Below are positions 53,671 through 59,954 of a stretch of 59,954 bases of DNA, piece by piece; within the stretch, counting starts at the first letter, position 1, and every line of letters starts with the position of its first letter. Under the pieces are notes generated by a model. It searched no databases, had not been told where the DNA came from, and saw only the letters and a list, made by a program, of their open reading frames with translations. The position numbers were made by a program, and so were the translations under genes. Origin of the DNA: a virus (Duplodnaviria; Heunggongvirae; Uroviricota; Caudoviricetes); the IMG/VR virus record IMGVR_UViG_3300035497_000275, positions 64,001 through 123,954 of that record; one strand, 5' to 3'.

Positions 53671-54225
53671 TTATCTTAATTTTTGTCGCAAAAAATAAGT
53701 AAATACACCATATAAAAAGTAACCCGTATACTGCGGATCAGGCATGAACATCAATTGCAATCCATACCGATGATTAAATGTATGCAAACTGGCAAGATAT
53801 GCCTTAGATGAAAACTTAGTATTATACTTCCCTGTTATAATATCCTGATAGTTCGCATTTTCAACCAAAAGATACTTAATACCCGAATATGTAGCCATTT
53901 CTTCTTCAAATCTGGCACGTTGTTGTGAAAAATTCCCGCTTAATTCCTCCAGTGAACCTTTCCGCTCTACCATGATTTCTTTATCAAAAAACAGATCACG
54001 GTCAATGTTCAGGTCTGGATTCGCCGGGACATAGAAACTATAATCTCCATTTGACAATGCCTTTGTTTTATGCGGAATTTTCTTAGCGTCCAGCCAATTC
54101 AGAATATGACTATTTTTCTGTTCTCTGGTATCGGTTAAAATTACAATAGACTTTACTAATTGATCAACTTCTTTATCGGTATACTTATATAACTCTAAAA
54201 TATTAAACCACCTCCGTTCTTTCAA
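53671..54225 (-). CDS. ERCC4/XPF-family nuclease (possible resolvase)
   Basis: DTREQ, GDYS, ERKGSLEEL. Confidence 0.85.
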   Translation of the reverse strand: MKERRWFNILELYKYTDKEVDQLVKSIVILTDTREQKNSHILNWLDAKKIPHKTKALSNGDYSFYVPANPDLNIDRDLFFDKEIMVERKGSLEELSGNFSQQRARFEEEMATYSGIKYLLVENANYQDIITGKYNTKFSSKAYLASLHTFNHRYGLQLMFMPDPQYTGYFLYGVFTYFLRQKLR

Positions 54226-54586
54226 CTTTGACTATGAAATCAAGCATTTTTGTTGTCAGAACTTCATTAATATCTTTTTTGAGATAACCAGAAAACCGCT
54301 GTTCGAGTTGTCTAATTGAAGTATATCTTCTTAAACGAACTGCCGGGTATCGTTCTGATGATGGAGTTTCTGCATATTCAAAATACTGCGGAAACTTATA
54401 AATTGCTTCCATAATATTATTGCCATATGTATTAATGACAACATCAATGTCGTGATTATTACAATAGTCTTGAAGTTCATATCCAATTTCTTTGATTTCA
54501 TAAAACGGTATAATATTACGTTCTTGCAATCGTAAAGCAATAAAAATATGTGCAATTACATATTCTGAGTCAACAAACATTGTCAT
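54203..54586 (-). CDS. Hypothetical protein
   Basis: 127 aa, operon overlap. Confidence 0.5.
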   Translation of the reverse strand: MTMFVDSEYVIAHIFIALRLQERNIIPFYEIKEIGYELQDYCNNHDIDVVINTYGNNIMEAIYKFPQYFEYAETPSSERYPAVRLRRYTSIRQLEQRFSGYLKKDINEVLTTKMLDFIVKVERTEVV

Positions 54587-54587
54587 A

Positions 54588-54908
54588 CTATCTTATTCTC
54601 TTTCCTCTCACCATATTTCTATAATTGCTATACTTTTCAGCAAATCCATATCGAAACATTCTGATTCTCCCCTTGAACAGAAAGCATTTATACCACGGAA
54701 GTTCATCATCCTGATCATCAGAAAAATCATAGTCATGGTAGTAATCAGTCCACATAAAATGACACATTTGAAAATTCCCATTCTCTGTTATACGGGGTTT
54801 GCAGAAATATATCTTTACTCCATGCCAATTTTTTAGTTTGGCCTTCATTGCCTCTATAAAACAGTTTGATTTGTAATATCCTGTGATATATTCAAACCTG
54901 TCCATCAT
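54588..54908 (-). CDS. Hypothetical protein
   Basis: 106 aa, aromatic-rich. Confidence 0.5.
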   Translation of the reverse strand: MMDRFEYITGYYKSNCFIEAMKAKLKNWHGVKIYFCKPRITENGNFQMCHFMWTDYYHDYDFSDDQDDELPWYKCFLFKGRIRMFRYGFAEKYSNYRNMVRGKRIR

Positions 54909-55182
54909 TCTTCCTCGCTGCTTTCATGCGATTAGCCATTTCTGCCCTTTGTTCGTCTGAATATTGTCTCGGAAAACTAACCTTAATCCATTTCTTAGGC
55001 AAACTATATTCAGCAAATTCTTCAGTCCTGCGAACCAGTTTGATATCTGGATAATCAGCCATTTTTGCATCAAGTTTACGCATCAATGATCTATCATGCG
55101 TATAAATAGACGCAACTTTTTCTTCGTTGTTATAATTGATGATAGTTTCCTGCTCGTATTTTGTTAAATCACTCATTCTCAC
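54892..55182 (-). CDS. Hypothetical protein
   Basis: 96 aa, overlaps both neighbours. Confidence 0.55.
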   Translation of the reverse strand: MRMSDLTKYEQETIINYNNEEKVASIYTHDRSLMRKLDAKMADYPDIKLVRRTEEFAEYSLPKKWIKVSFPRQYSDEQRAEMANRMKAARKNDGQV

Positions 55183-55540
55183 CAGTCCTTATTACACGAA
55201 TTTGTAAATGATACTTCTTTGCGGTTTCAATCATATGTTTTGTTCCTCGACTTTCACCATTCCAAAAAGCCACAAGCGCATCAGCATTTTCAGCCATTTC
55301 AATATTTCGTATATATCCAGCCGACTTTCCTATATTCCAATCGGCTGGATAATAAATGATTTGATAGGCTCTGGATTTGGCATATTGTTCGCCTAATATA
55401 TCTGCCCCTTTAGCCATTCCGCATACAATGACAATATCATCCGTTATTTTTGATAAAAGATGATCCATCTTTCTTTCAAGGAAATTATAGTCATTGAAGT
55501 CACGACTTCCAGCAACAATTACACGAAATTTAGATTTCAT
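55169..55540 (-). CDS. YspA/SLOG-family (DUF2493-like) protein
   Basis: VIVAGSRDF, VCGMAKGAD, AGYIRN, AFWNGESRGT. Confidence 0.82.
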   Translation of the reverse strand: MKSKFRVIVAGSRDFNDYNFLERKMDHLLSKITDDIVIVCGMAKGADILGEQYAKSRAYQIIYYPADWNIGKSAGYIRNIEMAENADALVAFWNGESRGTKHMIETAKKYHLQIRVIRTGENE

Positions 55541-58500
55541 TTATCGTCATCACTGACACTTTCTCGTACAAATGACCACTTTTTCAGAATACACTCCTTA
55601 TCAGTGTTATCCTGCTGCCAATCACCATTAGAATCCTTCGACCATCTTCCTTCCTGAGAACACTCGACAGTCTTGATAATATCACCAACCTGAATCGGTG
55701 ATTCATCATACTTTTTGCGGCGAACCTTTACTGTCTCAATACTACCATCCATAAGGCGATATAATGTCAACTTCGGATTTTTATATTTACATTCAAATTC
55801 TTGAACAAACGCATATTCAGGGGACAGATCAGGAATTGATGTTTTTACATAACCGATATTTGACAACTCATATTTTAATCGTTCACTTAAAGAAATTTCT
55901 TTATCATCTAAGTCGTTCCAGATATCTCGTAACGCAGAATCATAATCGAATTTTCTGTATTGCTTATCTGTTTCTTCGGAATACTTTTTAATATATGGAA
56001 GAAATTCAATCTTAACATCATTCTTTGAAAATTGTGAACGATCATAAAGTTGATCAAGAATTTCTACAAACTGCTTGATTTTACCAATCGAAGCAAAGTC
56101 ATCAAAATATCCAATTTCAATCAACGTATTAATTTTGGCACTATTCAGACTTTTCTTTTTCCGCAAATCCTTCCACAAGTCGTAGAAATTATCATAATGC
56201 TTCTGTCCTAATGAATATAGATCATTTGCACATCCTTGGCTCAGTCCCTTAATAGACAGCAGCGAAGGATAAATCGTGTGATTGTCTGGATCAGCGACAA
56301 ACTTTCGGTTATCAAGACCAAATCTATAATCCCCTTCCAGAATACCAAACCCACGTTTCATTTCCTGTTTCAACTCTGCAACTTTATCTTTCTTACCCTT
56401 ATCTGAGTAAGTCTGAAGCAGGACTTCATAAAACTCATATGGATAATGTGCCTTCAAATAAGCGTTATATAGGCTGTCCAATGCCATACAATATGCGTGG
56501 GCAGAGTTAAACCCATATCCGCAAGAGTCAGAAATAATCTGCCAAACTCGTGCTGCGTCCTCTTCAGCCTTATCCTGCGGAGTGCCTTCCTCCATGATAC
56601 GATCACGGAATCCAGTAATGAACCGTTCCTTTAATGGCCTGACCTTCTCAGGATGTTTCTTTGCAATAGCCTTGATAATACCGTAACATTCATCAATAGG
56701 AAACCCGGCATAGTTCAAAGTATTCATTGTTTGCTCTTGATACAGAATGAAACTCTGTGGCAATTCCTCAGTTTGAAGAATTTTATCAAAAGCTGGAATA
56801 TCATATGAAAAATCCTCACGGTTCTCTAACTTTGAATACATAGACTTAAAAGCTGGTCGAATAGCTGCAATAAACGCCGATAACTCTGAAACGTTCTTAG
56901 GACGATATTTCATTACCTTTCTCGTTGTTGAAGCCTTTTCAACCTGATTTACGCCCATCGTAATGCCATTAGCATAGATATCCCATACTGCCTGATCATT
57001 TTTAACCAGTTCCATTAGTTCATTGACAGTATGTGGCTTAATGCCAATTCTCTGATAAATTAAATCAATTAGCAAAACAACGTCAACTTTCAGAATATCA
57101 TTTTTCAAGAATTTATAATTTTCAGCAATTGAACCATCAATGACCGCTGTTATGTATTCTTTTTTTGTTGTTTCACTTTTACATTTTATTAGACCAATTT
57201 CTTCCCGGATACTGCCGCTATAAAGCAAATAAGCGCAAGGTGCTTTTTTCTTATCCATGATAATGCCTTGATACTTTTTGCTTGCATCAATATAAGAATG
57301 ATATTCTTCATCTACATAATCATAAATATCAATTTCTTCTTTTTCGTCATCATCCGCATATTTCAAAGCCTCATCATATTTTTCAATCTGGCTCGAAATT
57401 GTATTAGCAAGGTCAAAATCCATATTCTGTGACCGGGCATACAATTTAAATGCGCTCTTTTTCTTACAAGTTCCAAAAGCAATCATAGGATAAGCATGAT
57501 CCACTCCAAGAATTTCTTCCTGCGCTTCGGCTGCTATGTCTGGTGTACCCCAATTTAAGTCGATATCTGGCAATGATTTCGTTTCCAAAATACGACTCTT
57601 ACTAATGAACCGTTCTGGATATAACTTAATAGGACTTTGAAACCGATCTACTTTCGAGAATCCAAGCAATGTATTTGTAAAATAGCCAACTGAACTACCA
57701 CGACCAGAATTTGTTAAAATCCCGCCTTTTTCAATTGCCCTTTTCACAATTCGATAGTCGATTAAGAAATAATCAGCCATATTGGTGTCTTTAATGACTT
57801 GAACTTCATTCTTAACACCTTCAAAATATTCTGGATATTCCTCTTGATTGATCCCATCTGTATAATGCTTGAATAGTTTCGTAATCAGTTTACTATATTC
57901 TTTATTACGTTCTTCTTGTGTTAATTCCGGGAGCAATTCACCATCAATGACGTGTTTCCCATCATACAATGTCGGGAGTTTAATATCTTTAGAAAATACC
58001 GGGTTTGGTGTTCCATCTGGCAATGTTTCATATCCATCAAAATCGAGAAGTAAATCCGTATTATCCATTGCACGTTGAATCTGTTCTCTGGTGAACACAT
58101 TTTGTTTTAAGAAACGGTTCATGGTTGTCTCATCATCAGGATAATCCATAAACCATCCATCTTCATCGTCATAATGGACATTTTTCGCAGCAAGAATATA
58201 ATCCCGTTCCTTAGATTCTTCTGGATAGATATAATGACTATCCATTCCAACAATCATTTCAATTCCATACTTTTCTGACAATGCCAAAATGCGCTTGTTC
58301 AATTCAATCTGCTTTTCAGTATCGTGGTATTGAATCTCTAAAAAGAAATTTTCATGAAAATGATTATGCAATTGGACAATGATATCTTCAACATCATCAT
58401 ATCCCCAAAATGCTACGCAAGCTGACGTAATCATTACATCATCAGGCGGCAAACTTAGGAGTAATTCTACATCGACACGGGGGCGGAAATAATATCCTGT

Positions 58501-58827
58501 TTCGTTGGCCTCAGACAAAATACGGTTAATCGCACGTCTACCATTTTCATTCTTTGCCAGCAAGACAATATGCCCATTCGTTCTGTCTTTTTCATGCCGA
58601 TCTTTCACCCAATATGCTTCTGCACCAAAGATGAATTTTAAATCGTACTTTTTAGCCAACTCATAACATTCATGATATTTACTCTGCCAACCATGTTCAA
58701 CACTGGAAATTACTTTATGTCCTAATTCAACTGCTCGTTTCGCATAATCTTCATAGACTGCTGCTGAGTCTGGAATAAATACATTACTATATGACGTGTG
58801 TTTATGATAATTCTGAATGATGATCAC
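55537..58827 (-). CDS. dnaE: DNA polymerase III alpha subunit (C family) with PHP domain
   Basis: NYHKHT and EHG (PHP), GRGSSVG, PDIDL, KNDIL, GFNSAHA, C-terminal OB-like region. Confidence 0.93.
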   Translation of the reverse strand: MIIIQNYHKHTSYSNVFIPDSAAVYEDYAKRAVELGHKVISSVEHGWQSKYHECYELAKKYDLKFIFGAEAYWVKDRHEKDRTNGHIVLLAKNENGRRAINRILSEANETGYYFRPRVDVELLLSLPPDDVMITSACVAFWGYDDVEDIIVQLHNHFHENFFLEIQYHDTEKQIELNKRILALSEKYGIEMIVGMDSHYIYPEESKERDYILAAKNVHYDDEDGWFMDYPDDETTMNRFLKQNVFTREQIQRAMDNTDLLLDFDGYETLPDGTPNPVFSKDIKLPTLYDGKHVIDGELLPELTQEERNKEYSKLITKLFKHYTDGINQEEYPEYFEGVKNEVQVIKDTNMADYFLIDYRIVKRAIEKGGILTNSGRGSSVGYFTNTLLGFSKVDRFQSPIKLYPERFISKSRILETKSLPDIDLNWGTPDIAAEAQEEILGVDHAYPMIAFGTCKKKSAFKLYARSQNMDFDLANTISSQIEKYDEALKYADDDEKEEIDIYDYVDEEYHSYIDASKKYQGIIMDKKKAPCAYLLYSGSIREEIGLIKCKSETTKKEYITAVIDGSIAENYKFLKNDILKVDVVLLIDLIYQRIGIKPHTVNELMELVKNDQAVWDIYANGITMGVNQVEKASTTRKVMKYRPKNVSELSAFIAAIRPAFKSMYSKLENREDFSYDIPAFDKILQTEELPQSFILYQEQTMNTLNYAGFPIDECYGIIKAIAKKHPEKVRPLKERFITGFRDRIMEEGTPQDKAEEDAARVWQIISDSCGYGFNSAHAYCMALDSLYNAYLKAHYPYEFYEVLLQTYSDKGKKDKVAELKQEMKRGFGILEGDYRFGLDNRKFVADPDNHTIYPSLLSIKGLSQGCANDLYSLGQKHYDNFYDLWKDLRKKKSLNSAKINTLIEIGYFDDFASIGKIKQFVEILDQLYDRSQFSKNDVKIEFLPYIKKYSEETDKQYRKFDYDSALRDIWNDLDDKEISLSERLKYELSNIGYVKTSIPDLSPEYAFVQEFECKYKNPKLTLYRLMDGSIETVKVRRKKYDESPIQVGDIIKTVECSQEGRWSKDSNGDWQQDNTDKECILKKWSFVRESVSDDDK

Positions 58828-58835
58828 CTACTCTC

Positions 58836-59294
58836 TTAATAAACCCATCCTTGATACTCTTGACATTTACGATAATAATTTCCGTTTCCAATATTGATTT
58901 TACGAATTTTCTTTGATGTTTTCTTTTTCAAAAATCTCTCTGTATTGCTATTGTGGTTTTGATGTACATATTCAGTTTTGCTTATGGTTTGCCCATCAAA
59001 ACCATGAATGATATGTAACAACCGATTCTTCTTTTGAATTTTCTTCTGTCTGCGATATGCTCTGCCAGTTTTGCGGCTTCCGCTTTTTGGTGTTGGCTGC
59101 GAATCGGAGGACTCTATTGGTTCACAACACCATCCGTAATATAAATGCTTGCCTCCGACCTTTTCACAATAACAATATTCTGGTTGCCAATCACAAAAAT
59201 CAGGCTCTAACCGTTCCTTTCTATTAAAAGTACAACCATTGTCATAACCGCACTCAGCACAAGTCATCCAAAACGCAGGATCGTAAATGTCCAT
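58836..59294 (-). CDS. Hypothetical Cys-rich/basic protein
   Basis: 152 aa. Confidence 0.5.
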   Translation of the reverse strand: MDIYDPAFWMTCAECGYDNGCTFNRKERLEPDFCDWQPEYCYCEKVGGKHLYYGWCCEPIESSDSQPTPKSGSRKTGRAYRRQKKIQKKNRLLHIIHGFDGQTISKTEYVHQNHNSNTERFLKKKTSKKIRKINIGNGNYYRKCQEYQGWVY

Positions 59295-59308
59295 ATCATC
59301 ACTCCGTT

Positions 59309-59953
59309 CTAAAACAAATTATTTTCCCAATCTTCTCTATCTGAATTTAACGCCTTATCATCCAGATATCGTTTCAGGTGAACACAAGAATTTCTGAAAT
59401 TACACAAATTACGGCAGAAAAATATATCTTCTACTTCTTTACCATTTCCATTGATCCTTGTAAATTTTCGTGGAGACCAACTTTCTGCATTATTGGTGTC
59501 CAATGATTCAAATAAATCTGCTTGTCTATTCAGATAATCAATGGTTTCCTGACGAAGTTCATCTGTGATCTCATATTTTCTTACATATGGCTTTACGATA
59601 TACTTTGATTTGATTTCATCTGGCAATGGATCAAAAGAATTATCTTTCAATGCTGCTTTTAGCATGATCTCAATGTCAATTTCATCATATCCAAGTTCAG
59701 TTAAGTCACACTCAATATGATTCTTCAGTTCGCTTATCAGTTTGCCACGATTCAGGACTTTGACCATTTCTGTTTTGGTCTTAGAATTAGAACGCTTTTT
59801 CCCCATGAATTTAACTTCACAGTATTTCAGCATAATCCATGATACGTCCCGAACCTTATACCCATCGGCCTCCTTTGCCAGTGCATAAAACACAAGCTGC
59901 CGTCCATGATGGATCAAATCAGCCGTCTTGAAATCAGTAGACGTTTTCCAATC
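59309..59953 (-). CDS. 5'-truncated PD-(D/E)xK (RecB/Cas4-like) nuclease
   Basis: Frame is open to the window edge: DWKTS...GRQLVFYA (motif III DxK plus QLxxY). Confidence 0.72.
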   Translation of the reverse strand, partial: DWKTSTDFKTADLIHHGRQLVFYALAKEADGYKVRDVSWIMLKYCEVKFMGKKRSNSKTKTEMVKVLNRGKLISELKNHIECDLTELGYDEIDIEIMLKAALKDNSFDPLPDEIKSKYIVKPYVRKYEITDELRQETIDYLNRQADLFESLDTNNAESWSPRKFTRINGNGKEVEDIFFCRNLCNFRNSCVHLKRYLDDKALNSDREDWENNLF

Positions 59954-59954
59954 A

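Noticed and set aside
45247-58827. Introns or inteins in nrdD, thyX, ligA or dnaE associated with the two homing endonucleases
   Set aside because: All four ORFs are continuous, of ordinary length, with motifs in normal order.
59309-59953. Cas4 as evidence of a CRISPR system
   Set aside because: Only a generic PD-(D/E)xK motif in a truncated ORF within a replication module; no cas genes or array nearby.
1-59954. CRISPR arrays, tRNA or rRNA genes
   Set aside because: No regularly spaced repeats or cloverleaf signatures seen in the few intergenic gaps; tRNAscan/CRISPR finders were not run.

Overview
A 60-kb segment of a large temperate long-tailed phage (siphovirus-like). The host is inferred to be an anaerobic Firmicute from the sigmaA-type promoters, NrdDG, a SleB-like hydrolase and a Tn916-type Int/Xis pair. 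The + strand (1-41382) carries the late module: terminase, portal, protease/scaffold, capsid, neck, tail tube, a 2926-aa tape measure, hub/Dit/fibre genes, a diversity-generating retroelement (DGR: fibre target with VR, avd, TR, RT) and a lysis cassette. A non-coding attP-like interval (41383-41930) separates it from a converging - strand module: int, xis, dut, nrdG, nrdD, nucleotidase, kinase, thyX, ligA, ERCC4 nuclease, dnaE and two free-standing homing endonucleases. The most unusual observation is in the DGR. The repeat copy in the TR position differs from the VR at 20 of 117 positions, and only 7 of those are adenines in the TR. The differences fall in 12 codons, almost all at positions 1-2 of NNC/NNT codons. 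Both copies therefore look like independently mutagenised descendants of an AAY-rich template that I could not find in this window. Also notable are two self-contained morons (a Zn-ribbon/ribosomal L7/L12-CTD fusion and a small coiled-coil/HTH-like gene). All product calls come from motif recognition by eye; no database searches were run.
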